64,000 nt of DNA, taken from NCBI GenBank assembly GCA_042408195.1, contig JBHOQL010000107.1:31976-95975 (forward strand). Reading direction: 5' to 3'. How positions within the stretch are numbered: the stretch's first letter is position 1; each line of letters opens with the position of its first letter. Shown here one piece after another: positions 47,367-56,933 of this stretch. The notes beneath the pieces were generated by a model. It saw only the letters and a list, made by a program, of their open reading frames with translations, was not told where the DNA came from and ran no database searches. The translations under genes and the position numbers were made by a program. Source of the stretch: Anaerolineae bacterium (lineage in GTDB: Bacteria > Chloroflexota > Anaerolineae > SpSt-600).

Positions 47367-48113
47367 TTAATGCTTTGCCTCGTGGGCAGCTGTAGACATG
47401 GAAAAGTAAATTGTGCTCAGCACAGCAAAGATCACCGCCTGGATCAGGCCAAAAAGGGATTCCAGTATCATAAATGCGACAGGAACGAGGGCCGGAAGCA
47501 TGACGAAAATCACGGTAAGAACCACATCGCCCCCGAATATATTCCCGAAAAGTCGTGCTGAGAGGGAAAGGATATGGGAAAGCTCACTAATAACGTGGAT
47601 CGGAGCCATAAGGGGTGCAAGGATAGGAGGAGTGATGAACTCTTTAAGGTAACCTTTTATACCCCTGTAAACAATTCCAGCCACCTGGACTAGAAATACG
47701 GTGATTAAAGCCATAGCTAAAGTGGTGTTGAGGTCACTGTTGGGTGGACGAAAGATAGGGACGTGGTGATAAGTTATAGTGCCAAAGCCTGGCATAAGGG
47801 CAAGCCAGTTGGCCGTAAGGATGAAGATGAAGAGGGTCATGATAAGGGGGAAGATAACGCGTCCCACCTTTTCCCCTGTTACGCCTTTCACCAGGTTGTA
47901 GACAGTTTCGATTACTATCTCCGCTACGCTTTGCAGAGCTCCGGGGATAAGGCTGAGGCGCTTTCTCACCACAAGAGCCAGAGTTACAAGAAGCGCCATC
48001 ACAATCCACGTGGTAAGAATAGTGTTAGTGATAGGGAAAGGGCCAAGGTAGAAAAGTTTTTCCGCTCCCATGGAGATTTCGTGAAATTCAATTCCGAGCA
48101 GTTTTCCCAGCAT
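47367..48113 (-). CDS. atpB: Fo ATP synthase a subunit
   Basis: Subunit-a pattern with the conserved Arg helix (…SLSARLFGNIFGGD…). Confidence 0.85.
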   Translation of the reverse strand: MLGKLLGIEFHEISMGAEKLFYLGPFPITNTILTTWIVMALLVTLALVVRKRLSLIPGALQSVAEIVIETVYNLVKGVTGEKVGRVIFPLIMTLFIFILTANWLALMPGFGTITYHHVPIFRPPNSDLNTTLAMALITVFLVQVAGIVYRGIKGYLKEFITPPILAPLMAPIHVISELSHILSLSARLFGNIFGGDVVLTVIFVMLPALVPVAFMILESLFGLIQAVIFAVLSTIYFSMSTAAHEAKH

Positions 48114-48123
48114 GCTCTATCCC

Positions 48124-48432
48124 TCAGGATGCGGGTTTATTATGGGCATACCACTTGTAGACTTTGTAAAAGATCCGAAAGACCTGATGGGTTAAAATTC
48201 CAGCTATAACGCCCCAAAGGTTAAAATTAAGGAAACGGATGACCGCATAACAGTAGGCGAAGAAAAAGAAGAGCTTAGTCACAAAGAAAAATCCGAAAAG
48301 GCCCCCAAGCCACTTGGGAGCTTGGGGAGAAAAAAGAAGTTTCCTCACAGAAAACTCTGTAAGGAAACTATTGAACCATGAACCTATTGCCCCCGCCAGG
48401 AACCCAGCCGCGATCAGACCAAAACCTGTCAT
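48124..48432 (-). CDS. atpI: AtpI-like small membrane protein of the ATP synthase operon
   Basis: Hydrophobic 102-aa protein immediately upstream of atpB; its start overlaps the atpZ stop. Confidence 0.5.
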   Translation of the reverse strand: MTGFGLIAAGFLAGAIGSWFNSFLTEFSVRKLLFSPQAPKWLGGLFGFFFVTKLFFFFAYCYAVIRFLNFNLWGVIAGILTHQVFRIFYKVYKWYAHNKPAS

Positions 48433-48629
48433 TTCCTCACCATAGAAGAAAGGCGGTAAAGGTTATAGATCGCTGAAGCTAAGCCCAGGAAAAGTCCAAT
48501 CAGCGTGAATATGGGCTTGGTACCAAGCTTCCCGTCCAGCCACCACCCTGCCCCGATCCCGATAAGAAGGCTAAACCCGATGGTAAAACCTAATTCCGTG
48601 ATAAAAGCTACCACCCGCCATCTTTTCAC
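48429..48629 (-). CDS. atpZ: AtpZ-like (ATP synthase protein I/gene-1) small membrane protein
   Basis: 66-aa two-helix protein (WWLDGKLGTKPIFTLIGLFLGLASAIYNLY) at the head of the atp operon. Confidence 0.5.
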   Translation of the reverse strand: MKRWRVVAFITELGFTIGFSLLIGIGAGWWLDGKLGTKPIFTLIGLFLGLASAIYNLYRLSSMVRK

Positions 48630-49170
48630 CAGCCCGGCTCCGCAGGAAATAAACCAAATCTATTATAGTCAAGAACGGCGAAAATGCAAGAGCAATAAGC
48701 TTTCTTGACTTTACCCACATCTTGGAGCAACTGGAGAAACAGACCCCTTTGCGGTTTGATAAAAGTCCTCTATCCCATTGCAGGAGATCAGCGATGGCTC
48801 AAGCCCTTCAGTGCGCTACCAAGACTGCTCTTCCCATCCCTCTTTCCTCGCCCAATTGGCCACTTATCTTCTGCCTTATAGCGCCGTTTCCCGCCGTTTC
48901 CTCCAGGCCGTCCAAGGCCTCGTCGCCCGGATCGCCGCTGGAATCCTCCAAATTGGTTTGGCCACAGCTCGTAATCCCTACGGCGGGCGGGGTCAAAGTC
49001 CCAGCCCTTGTCCTCCCCTTCGGTTCGGGGCACACTTCTTAGCTATCGTCGTTGACTTTAAAGATTTGCAGCAAAAAGGCGCTCTTTCTGCCATTGCTTC
49101 TTTAATTTGCGCTATACAGCCTTCCAGGTATAATTCTTACGGAAATTCCCACGGACCGGGGAGGATAGCC

Positions 49171-49761
49171 GTGCGGAAGGTTAGAATTATTATAGCCGAT
49201 GATGAGCCTATAATCCGGATGGACCTCAAAGAAATGCTTACCCACCTCGGTTACCTCGTAGTGGGAGAGGCAGGCGATGGAAGGAGCGTAGTCAACATGG
49301 CCAGGGAGCTCCGTCCAGATCTCGTGATCATGGATATAAAAATGCCTGATATGGACGGGATTGAAGCTGCCCGTATCCTTACCCAGGAGGATATCGCTCC
49401 TGTCATATTCCTCACTGCTTACAGCCAGAAGGAACTGGTGGACCAGGCCAAAGAGGCCGGCGTCGTGGCTTACCTTGTGAAACCCTTCCGCGAGTCAGAT
49501 CTTGCCCCTGCTATCGAAATCGCCCTGGCCCGCTTTGAACAGTTCAGAGCTTTGAAAAAAGAGGTGGCTGACCTGAAAGAGGCCCTTGAAACCCGCAAGC
49601 TTGTGGAAAGGGCCAAGGGAATCCTCATGGACACCCAAGGCCTATCCGAAGCTGAAGCCTTCAGGCGCATCCAGAAGTTGAGCATGGACACCCGCAAACC
49701 TATGAAGGAAGTAGCTGAAGCCATAATTCTGGCTTACGAGGCCACTAAAAAACAGGAGTAA
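49171..49761 (+). CDS. response regulator with receiver + ANTAR RNA-binding antitermination domain (AmiR/NasT-like)
   Basis: Receiver domain (IIIADDEPIIRMDLKEMLTHLGY…DLVIMDIKMPDMDG…) followed by ANTAR (…LETRKLVERAKGILMDTQGLSEAEAFRRIQKLSMDTRKPMKEVAEAII…). A GTG start at 49171 sits after RBS gggagga; the upstream portion of the listed ORF (from 48778) has no RBS and a -10/-35 promoter lies inside it. Confidence 0.8.
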   Translation: MRKVRIIIADDEPIIRMDLKEMLTHLGYLVVGEAGDGRSVVNMARELRPDLVIMDIKMPDMDGIEAARILTQEDIAPVIFLTAYSQKELVDQAKEAGVVAYLVKPFRESDLAPAIEIALARFEQFRALKKEVADLKEALETRKLVERAKGILMDTQGLSEAEAFRRIQKLSMDTRKPMKEVAEAIILAYEATKKQE

Positions 49762-49770
49762 GAGGGAAGC

Positions 49771-50496
49771 ATGGACTACGAAGAACTTGAAGAGAAAATA
49801 GTCCACTGGCTTGGAAACAAAGTGGAGGAGGCTGGAGCCAAGGGGTTAGTCTTTGGCATAAGCGGAGGACTTGATTCCTCTATTACAGCCGTCCTTGCTA
49901 AGAAAGCTGTGGGCGAGAACCACTTGGCCCTGATCATGCCCTGCTACAGTTCCACGACCGATCTGGAGCACGCAAACCTTATAGCACGAACTTTTGGTCT
50001 TAAAACTGAAACCGTGGATTTAACACCGGTCTATGACCTTCTCCTCACTATCCTTCCTCCAGGCACCCCCATGGCCAAGGCCAACCTAAAACCACGCCTT
50101 AGGATGCTCACCCTCTACTATTACGCCAACACCATGAATTACTTGGTGGTAGGCACCGGGAACAAAAGCGAATTGCAGGTAGGATATTTCACCAAGTATG
50201 GCGATGGTGGAGTCGACCTTTTACCCTTGGGTAACCTCTACAAGACCCAACTCCGAGGCTTTGCCCGTTACCTTGGAATTCCCGAGGAAATTATAGAAAA
50301 ACCTCCCAGTGCTGGACTCTGGGAGGGCCAGACCGATGAGGGCGAAATGGGCATTACTTACCCGGAACTGGATGCCATTCTGGAAGCTTTGGAAAAAGGA
50401 GAAGCAGATCTCTCTTCCCCAAAGGTCCTTAAGGTAATGGGGATGGTAAAGGCATCAGCCCATAAGAGAGCTCTGCCTCCGATATGCCCCTTGTAA
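49771..50496 (+). CDS. nadE: NH3-dependent NAD+ synthetase
   Basis: PP-loop SGGLDSS and NadE pattern (…LVFGISGGLDSSITAVLA…). Confidence 0.85.
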   Translation: MDYEELEEKIVHWLGNKVEEAGAKGLVFGISGGLDSSITAVLAKKAVGENHLALIMPCYSSTTDLEHANLIARTFGLKTETVDLTPVYDLLLTILPPGTPMAKANLKPRLRMLTLYYYANTMNYLVVGTGNKSELQVGYFTKYGDGGVDLLPLGNLYKTQLRGFARYLGIPEEIIEKPPSAGLWEGQTDEGEMGITYPELDAILEALEKGEADLSSPKVLKVMGMVKASAHKRALPPICPL

Positions 50497-51185
50497 AGAA
50501 GGTAACAATGCGCGGACACTATGAACTTCATACCCATTCGTTTTTAAGTGATGGAGAACTTTTGCCTAGCGAACTGATACGTCGTGCCTATGTTAAAGGA
50601 TGCATTGCTATAGCCATAACTGATCACGCTGATGCCTCGAACCTTGAAAGGGTTGTTAGAGAACTGGTGAGATTAGCCATGGAGCAGAACGATAATCTGC
50701 CCATCACTTTCATCCCTGGGGTGGAAATAACCCATGTACCCCCTTCGGCGATACCTCGTTTGGCTCGAAGAGCCAAGGAACTGGGGGCTGGCATCGTTAT
50801 AGTGCACGGTGAAACCCTAATGGAACCAGTTCGCCCAGGGACGAACAGAGCAGCTGTGGAATGCCCTGATGTAGACATCCTTGCCCACCCTGGCTTCATC
50901 ACGGTTGAAGAGGCGGCTATCGCCGCTGAAAACGGCGTTTACCTCGAAATAAGCGCCCGGAAGGGGCACTGCCTTACCAACGGTCACGTGGTCAAAGTGG
51001 CGAATATTGCTGGGGCGAAACTCATTGTAAGCTCCGATGCTCACTCTCCGGGTGACCTCATGGACCCTGAACTAGCGAGGAAGGTGGCTATGGGGGCGGG
51101 TCTAGAGGGGGAGGAGCTTGAGTTAACCCTTTTCCACAATCCAGCCAACCTTGTAGAAAAGGCTCTGCAAGCCTCGAGGATTTAG
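50484..51185 (+). CDS. PHP-domain metal-dependent phosphoesterase
   Basis: PHP His motifs (ELHTHSFLSDGELLP…AIAITDHAD…IVHGE…). Confidence 0.7.
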   Translation: MPLVKKVTMRGHYELHTHSFLSDGELLPSELIRRAYVKGCIAIAITDHADASNLERVVRELVRLAMEQNDNLPITFIPGVEITHVPPSAIPRLARRAKELGAGIVIVHGETLMEPVRPGTNRAAVECPDVDILAHPGFITVEEAAIAAENGVYLEISARKGHCLTNGHVVKVANIAGAKLIVSSDAHSPGDLMDPELARKVAMGAGLEGEELELTLFHNPANLVEKALQASRI

Positions 51186-51290
51186 CCCGGAGAACAGGTT
51201 TTGCTCTCCCTGGATTGTTGCGCAGAGATGTCCGTTTATTTTTGCTTCATCGGTGCAGCTGGGTTATAATTTCCCCGAGAGGGCGAAGCC

Positions 51291-51980
51291 GTGAGTAAAA
51301 TTATATCTCTGGTTCTCATTCTAACAGGGCTTATCTCGATAGCAGCCGGAGCCTTTTACTGGGAGCAGGAAAAGGAAATTCTGGAATCCAGCAGTTTAAT
51401 TATCACTGAACCGCTGACCACACCTGAACCTTCTCCGAGCATTGCTGCAAGCCCCACTCCCCAGCCCTCGCCATTTAAAAATGTCTACCCCACCCGTGCC
51501 CCGAAGCCTGTCAAAATTGTGATCCCGAAGATCGGAGTTAACGCTCCAGTTGTGGAAGTGGGAATCAAGTTGGTGCACACTGAAAGAGGCCTTGTAGCGC
51601 AGTGGGAAACCGCAGATTACGCCGCCGGCCACCATTCAACCAGCGCCAATCCTGGCGAAAACGGGAACATTGTGATTTCGGGCCACAACAACATAAAGGG
51701 CAAAGTTTTCCAGAGATTATGGGAACTCAGGCCGGGCGACAGAGTTTTACTCTTCAATGCTGAGGGGGAGGGGTTCATATATGAGGTCAAAAAAGTCTTG
51801 ATAGTAAGGGAAAAGGGAGCGAGCGAGGAACAACGCAGAGCCAACGCAAGATATATAGGACCCACTCCGGATGAAACTCTGACACTGATAACATGTTGGC
51901 CTCCTCATGGGAACTCTCACAGAGTCATAGTCATAGCTAAGCCGGTTGGGGTTCCTCTTTATCGGGAGCAAGTAAAATAA
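51291..51980 (+). CDS. sortase family transpeptidase (class E-like), membrane-anchored with a Pro/Ser-rich linker
   Basis: Catalytic triad context: His (VISGHNN), Cys in TLITCWP, Arg (HRVIVIA); N-terminal TM helix. Confidence 0.75.
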   Translation: MSKIISLVLILTGLISIAAGAFYWEQEKEILESSSLIITEPLTTPEPSPSIAASPTPQPSPFKNVYPTRAPKPVKIVIPKIGVNAPVVEVGIKLVHTERGLVAQWETADYAAGHHSTSANPGENGNIVISGHNNIKGKVFQRLWELRPGDRVLLFNAEGEGFIYEVKKVLIVREKGASEEQRRANARYIGPTPDETLTLITCWPPHGNSHRVIVIAKPVGVPLYREQVK

Positions 51981-51994
51981 AGTAAGAGGGACAT

Positions 51995-52381
51995 ATGATG
52001 AAGGAGAAGAAGCGCATCCTTTGCATAGAAGATGAACCGGAAATGATAGAGCTCATCAAAATCATCCTGGAAAAGCGAGGCTTTGAAGTCAAAGGGGCTG
52101 TGGGGGGGAAGGAGGGTATAGAAAAGGCAAAAGCTGAAAAGCCCGACCTAATTCTTTTAGACTTGATGATGCCCGAAATGGATGGGTGGGAGGTTTACCG
52201 CCAGCTCAAAACCGATGACGAACTTAAGGATATCCCGGTGATCGTCGTCACCGCTAGGTCCCAGAGCATAGATAGAATCTTGGGGCTTCACATAGCTAAG
52301 GTGGATGATTACATCACGAAACCTTTTGGCCCGGGCGAATTGATTGAAAGCATAAAGAAAGTGCTCGGACTTCAAGATTAA
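51995..52381 (+). CDS. single-domain CheY-like response regulator receiver
   Basis: ILCIEDEPEMIELIKIIL…DLILLDLMMPEMDGWEV…DIPVIVVTA…; 128 aa. Confidence 0.8.
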   Translation: MMKEKKRILCIEDEPEMIELIKIILEKRGFEVKGAVGGKEGIEKAKAEKPDLILLDLMMPEMDGWEVYRQLKTDDELKDIPVIVVTARSQSIDRILGLHIAKVDDYITKPFGPGELIESIKKVLGLQD

Positions 52382-52408
52382 AAGCAAAAAGCCGGGCTGA
52401 AGCCCGGC
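52381..52408 (-). terminator. Rho-independent terminator (perfect 7-bp GC stem GCCGGGC-uuca-GCCCGGC followed by a U6GCU4 tract on the minus strand)
   Basis: Plus strand aaagcaaaaaGCCGGGCtgaaGCCCGGC. On the minus strand the hairpin is followed by UUUUUUGCUUUU and lies just downstream of the 52417-52602 gene; it may also act for the convergent plus-strand gene. Confidence 0.6.
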
Positions 52409-52416
52409 CTGTATAA

Positions 52417-52602
52417 TTACTTCGCTTTTGAAGGTTTAGGCGGCAACTCGATAGGAGCCCAAGGGCTTATCCTGCGGATCTTTTGGATGATACGTTCCCG
52501 TTCTGCTGGATCGGTGGTAGTAGCAAGCTTGGCACGTAGTTTACGGAGCTTCTGTTTACGGACTCTCCTTCTCCTCAGTTCCTGTTCCCTTTCTCTAACC
52601 AT
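52417..52602 (-). CDS. small highly basic Arg/Lys-rich protein (61 aa)
   Basis: The ORF ends 9 nt before a strong terminator. Very basic helical sequence (EQELRRRRVRKQKLRKLRAKL…). Its 5' end overlaps the downstream gene by 28 nt. Confidence 0.4.
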   Translation of the reverse strand: MVREREQELRRRRVRKQKLRKLRAKLATTTDPAERERIIQKIRRISPWAPIELPPKPSKAK

Positions 52603-53558
52603 ACCCTCCCTCCTTTAGAATTGTTAGCTTTTCTGCTTCGCCACCAAAGGAAAGCCCCTGGGAGGCTTGTAAGGTAAATTATAGCTTGCATTAGCAAAGA
52701 GAGGGAAAAAGCGCCTGCTGGGGTCGCTACACCCGCCAGATTACTGTAAAGAAAAACGAAAGCCCCCTGATTCACCCCCAACCCGCCAACTGAAGGGATA
52801 AGGACTGGTGCAAAAGGCGTTAGAGGGTTCAGGATGAAGATGTAAAGGGGAGGGATACCCGCCTGAATAGCTTCCGAAGCACACCAATTCACGAGGCTCG
52901 TCAGAGTAAGACCAACAAGGGCTATGAGGAAGGCTTTTGCCAGAGCTTCTGGCTTAGTTCTGTAGGCTTCTACAGCTTTGGAAAGCCGCACGAAAAGGGG
53001 GCTGAGCCCGAAAATTCTCCCCATTAGCCCCCGGAACCGCCGGCTCAAGAGAGAAGCGAAACCTGCAAAGAAAAGGATGTTCACAATAGTCACTACCGCC
53101 ATCAGCCCGGAAAGGTCAATCCTTTTCATCCCCCATAGGGCGAAGGCTACACCAACCAGTCCTCCAAAGAGGAAAGAAGCTAACCCTACCAACCTGTCCA
53201 CAAGCACGGATATAGCCGCTTCGGGTACCTGTTCCGAATCTACCGCCAAACCATAGCCCCTCATAACATCACCTGCTACCATCGGGAAGAGGAAATTTCC
53301 AAAGAAAAGGCCAGTGAAAAAATAGGAGGTCAAGGTACCAAGAGGCACCTTCATGCCCATTGCTCTGAGAAGCAGACCCCACTTGAATATGTTGGCGAAT
53401 ATGGCCAGGAAGTAAAGGACAAAGGCCAGGGCAATTAATTCAATTTTAGCTCTTGTGAAGAGTTCCCAAGATTGGTGTATTTCAGGCTTTGTTAGAAGAA
53501 AGGCTAACAATCCCAGGCTTACCGCTACTTTGAGCGCAGAAGTGAGAGCCCTTTTCAT
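52575..53558 (-). CDS. UPF0104/flippase-like membrane protein (lysyl-phosphatidylglycerol-synthase TM-region family)
   Basis: About 8-TM protein with the family's N-terminal pattern (LKVAVSLGLLAFLL…IELIALAFVLYFLAIFANIFKWGLLLRAMGMKVPL). Overlaps the stop of the GT2 gene. Confidence 0.65.
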   Translation of the reverse strand: MKRALTSALKVAVSLGLLAFLLTKPEIHQSWELFTRAKIELIALAFVLYFLAIFANIFKWGLLLRAMGMKVPLGTLTSYFFTGLFFGNFLFPMVAGDVMRGYGLAVDSEQVPEAAISVLVDRLVGLASFLFGGLVGVAFALWGMKRIDLSGLMAVVTIVNILFFAGFASLLSRRFRGLMGRIFGLSPLFVRLSKAVEAYRTKPEALAKAFLIALVGLTLTSLVNWCASEAIQAGIPPLYIFILNPLTPFAPVLIPSVGGLGVNQGAFVFLYSNLAGVATPAGAFSLSLLMQAIIYLTSLPGAFLWWRSRKANNSKGGRVWLEKGNRN

Positions 53559-54547
53559 TCCTCTGTGTGCTCCACATCAATGAGGGGTGCAAAGGGGTCC
53601 AGAGTTAACCTCGTTAAAACAGAAGGTGATGCCTTTTCCAGCTTTGGGGGAGGCTCCACCTTCTTTGTGGTCCAGGCCATATCCCAGACCACATGCTTAC
53701 GTCCCCTAATGTAATAATCATAAGCCCCAAGAAGCCGTGCGAAAGCCTCAATGGCAGCCAAAGCTATGAGGACATAGATAAGCCTTATGGCTCCCCACAG
53801 TTCCCCGAGCCAGAGGCGCACAACTCGCCAGGTGTCCAGGCTTGCTACTTTGTAACCGTATTTGCGCATAAGATGTAGGTGACCGGCATAATTGCGGCGG
53901 CGCTGACGGATAAAGTCCCCAAGAGTTGTCGGGCCCATGTTGAAGACCACAGCGTCGGGGGCGTAGCGCACTTCAAGGCCACGCTTTATGACCAACGCTT
54001 CCACGAAAGCCTCATCCATGGCCACATCGGGCGGAATCTGGTCAAAGACCCTGCGGAAAGCAATAAGCTCTCCAAGGCGCGGGATTTCCATACACAGCTC
54101 GTGCTCGAGCTTCAACCGCAGGTGGGAAAGAGCAGCGATAATGTGATCGGGAGTGTTGACTGCGACTTTCTGAGCGCCCGTCATTCCAACTTTGGGATCC
54201 CTGAACATCCTAACCAGGTTCTCAATGGCATCGTAGCGCGGCAGGGTATCGCCGCTTTCCAAAACGCATATATCCTCTTTGGCGTGTTTGAGGAAAAGAT
54301 TGACGGCGGAGGTTTTCCCCTCCCGGCGTTCCTGGACCAGCAACTTTATCCTGGGGTCTTTCTTCTGATATTCCTGGACTATATCAACAGTGCGGTCAGT
54401 GCAACCCGAGGCCACCACAATTATTTCCGTAATTTCAACCTCGTGGAGCTTCTGGTTGAGGAGGGCATCCAGGAGTTTACCAATATTGGCCTCCTCATTG
54501 TAAGCAGTAACACCTACACTGCAGCGGATTTTCCCCTCTCCGGTCAC
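53555..54547 (-). CDS. family-2 glycosyltransferase
   Basis: GT2 N-terminal signature (SVGVTAYNEEANIGKLLDALLNQ…) and DxD region. Confidence 0.8.
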   Translation of the reverse strand: MTGEGKIRCSVGVTAYNEEANIGKLLDALLNQKLHEVEITEIIVVASGCTDRTVDIVQEYQKKDPRIKLLVQERREGKTSAVNLFLKHAKEDICVLESGDTLPRYDAIENLVRMFRDPKVGMTGAQKVAVNTPDHIIAALSHLRLKLEHELCMEIPRLGELIAFRRVFDQIPPDVAMDEAFVEALVIKRGLEVRYAPDAVVFNMGPTTLGDFIRQRRRNYAGHLHLMRKYGYKVASLDTWRVVRLWLGELWGAIRLIYVLIALAAIEAFARLLGAYDYYIRGRKHVVWDMAWTTKKVEPPPKLEKASPSVLTRLTLDPFAPLIDVEHTEE

Positions 54548-54627
54548 CTCTTTTCCTCTGGAGAAAATTCTGTGAAGCGATTATAGCACAAAAGGGGAGC
54601 GAACGCAAAGGAGAAGCCGGAAAAGGG

Positions 54628-55944
54628 GTGGCATTGTTTTTCATGTTCCGATGTGATATAATCGAGCAGGAGGGCAGGGTGAGAGAGAAAGGTAAGGTGC
54701 CTCTTCTGTTTGTCCTCTGGGTTGTGAGTCTGGCCCTTATGCTCAGCACCGGCCACGCCCTTTTCCGCTTTTTCTTTTACCTTTTCACGAGCTTAATGGC
54801 CTTCTCGATCCTCTGGGTTTGGCAAAACCTGTGGGGGTTAGAAGTTGAAAGGTCCGTCGCTTCCCCCAAGGCGCAGGTGGGAAAAATCCTGGAAGAGGAA
54901 ATTGTAGTACGCAATCGCAGTTTCCTGCCCAAATTCTGGCTTGAAGTTAGAGATCATTCCTCACTTCCCGCCCATGTGGCCGGTAGAGTTATAAGCTCAA
55001 TACCCAGGAAGGGAGAAAACCGTTGGTCCGTGAAAACCCTGTGCCGGAAAAGAGGAGTCTTCACCCTCGGCCCCACCACAGTGGTCAGTTCCGATCCCCT
55101 GGGGCTCATTGCAATTGAGAAGACTTTCCCCGCGAAGCTGAGGGTTACAGTTTACCCACCCATTTACCCGTTGCCATATTTTAAGCTCTATTCCGGAATA
55201 TTGCCCGGGGGAGAGGTAGTGCGCCAGCGCGCTCCTTACGCCACGACCAATGTGGCTGGAGTAAGGGAATATTACCCGGGCGATAGCTTCAACCGCATCC
55301 ACTGGCCCACCACAGCCCACGTTGGCCGGTTGATGGTCAAAGAATTCGAGCTGGACCCTTTGAGCAACGTTTGGATATTTCTCGACCTGGACAAGAAGGT
55401 TCAGAAGGGAGAACCGTGGCCTCCCTCTTTTGTGGAAAGCCGTGGACCAAGCCTTTTCTGGGCAGAAGGGTGGGCCCTGAGGCCTGAACCTACTACGGAA
55501 GAATACGCTGTGGCCATCGCCGCATCCCTGGCTAGCCGCCTGTTGGGAGAGAAGAGAGCACTGGGTCTTGTCACTTACTCCACTACAAGGTATGTCCTGA
55601 GGCCGGAAAGGGGTCTAAGGCAATTGATAAAAATCCTGGACCTCCTAGCCGTGGTCAGGGCCGAAAGCGATAAACCTTTTGAAGAACTGCTGGCTTGTGA
55701 AAGCCCACTGCTTGAAGGGAACTCCACGGTAATAGCCATAACTTCTTCGGAAAGCACAGGATGGGTTAAGGCTCTCCAAAGTATAAAGATGAAAGGGCTT
55801 GCCGCCTTGGCCATAATCGTCGCTGAAAGCCCTGAAAGTTACCAAGAGGTCCTGGCCGAACTGAAAGCTGTGGGTGTACCTTGGATTTTCATTCACCTTG
55901 GTGATGAAATACCTGCTGTTATGGATCTGGGGAGGGTAAAATGA
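54628..55944 (+). CDS. DUF58-family (vWA-like) membrane-anchored protein
   Basis: DUF58 core (VREYYPGDSFNRIHWPTTAHVGRLMVKEFE) with N-terminal TM helices. Alternative internal starts are possible. Confidence 0.7.
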   Translation: MALFFMFRCDIIEQEGRVREKGKVPLLFVLWVVSLALMLSTGHALFRFFFYLFTSLMAFSILWVWQNLWGLEVERSVASPKAQVGKILEEEIVVRNRSFLPKFWLEVRDHSSLPAHVAGRVISSIPRKGENRWSVKTLCRKRGVFTLGPTTVVSSDPLGLIAIEKTFPAKLRVTVYPPIYPLPYFKLYSGILPGGEVVRQRAPYATTNVAGVREYYPGDSFNRIHWPTTAHVGRLMVKEFELDPLSNVWIFLDLDKKVQKGEPWPPSFVESRGPSLFWAEGWALRPEPTTEEYAVAIAASLASRLLGEKRALGLVTYSTTRYVLRPERGLRQLIKILDLLAVVRAESDKPFEELLACESPLLEGNSTVIAITSSESTGWVKALQSIKMKGLAALAIIVAESPESYQEVLAELKAVGVPWIFIHLGDEIPAVMDLGRVK

Positions 55945-56933
55945 GGACCGTGGTGGCTGTTGATCTGGGTGGAACCAACGTTAGGGCAGCCCTTTACACC
56001 GAAGACGGGAAACTTCTGTCTCACTGCATTCTCCCTACCCTCGCTCACGAAGGGTTGGAGCCGACCTTAGGCCGAATTTTTGCCGCAATTGAAGAGGTAA
56101 TTAAAGGTCATGAAAGGCCTATGGCTATAGGGGTTGGAGCACCTGGGCCTTTGGACCCATGGAAGGGGGTTATATTGTCGGCACCAAACCTGCCGGGCTG
56201 GGAGAACATCCCCTTGGCCGATATCCTTTCGGAACGTTTCGGGATACCTGCTTTTGTGGGAAACGATGCCAACTTGGCAGCTTTGGCTGAACACAGACTC
56301 GGTGCTGGCAAAGGTTTCTCCAATATCATTTACGTTACGGTGAGCACAGGCATAGGTGGGGGTGTGATTGTGGATGGTTCTTTGCTCCTGGGAGCAAAGG
56401 GCTTCGCAGGGGAAGTGGGGCACATCATTGTTAAACCTGATGGGCCTCCTTGTAGCTGTGGAAGCGTGGGATGTTTGGAAGCTGTGGCTTCGGGACCGGC
56501 CATTGCCCGGGAAGCTTTGAGGCGCATCAGGGAAGGAGAGGTCTCTTCCATCCCAAAGTTCGTGGAAGGCCCTCTTGAGGGCTTGAGTGCAAGGGAGGTA
56601 GCAAAAGCTGCTTTGGAGGGGGATCCCTTAGCTCGGGAACTTTTCAGGGAAGCTGGATACTATCTGGGGATTGGCTTCGTAAGCCTCATCCACATTTTCA
56701 ACCCATCAAGGATAATAGTGGGGGGAGGGGTTGCAAAGATTGGGAAATTGCTTCTTGAGCCTGCTGAAGAAACGGTCAGGAAGTTTACAATGAGGGAATT
56801 TTTGGAGGACTTTAAAATAGTACCTACCGCCCTTGGGGACGAGGTTGGGCTTTTAGGAGCCTATATTCTGGCTAAAGAGAGCCTTTACTCTTCCTCCTCA
56901 AATTCCTCAAGCCAGTCCTCTGGCTCCTCGTAA
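55941..56933 (+). CDS. glk: ROK-family glucokinase
   Basis: N-terminal VVAVDLGGTNVRAAL and the ROK zinc motif CSCGSVGCLEA. The Ser-rich C-tail is translated from the antisense of the convergent HEAT gene. Confidence 0.85.
   Translation: MRTVVAVDLGGTNVRAALYTEDGKLLSHCILPTLAHEGLEPTLGRIFAAIEEVIKGHERPMAIGVGAPGPLDPWKGVILSAPNLPGWENIPLADILSERFGIPAFVGNDANLAALAEHRLGAGKGFSNIIYVTVSTGIGGGVIVDGSLLLGAKGFAGEVGHIIVKPDGPPCSCGSVGCLEAVASGPAIAREALRRIREGEVSSIPKFVEGPLEGLSAREVAKAALEGDPLARELFREAGYYLGIGFVSLIHIFNPSRIIVGGGVAKIGKLLLEPAEETVRKFTMREFLEDFKIVPTALGDEVGLLGAYILAKESLYSSSSNSSSQSSGSS

Noticed and set aside
48722-49042. Small plus-strand ORFs (48722-49042 and the 48778 start of the listed 327-aa ORF) upstream of the ANTAR regulator
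   Set aside because: The region contains the -35/-10 promoter elements for the regulator. The translations are Pro/Ser-rich low-complexity with no RBS. The receiver domain begins only at GTG 49171.
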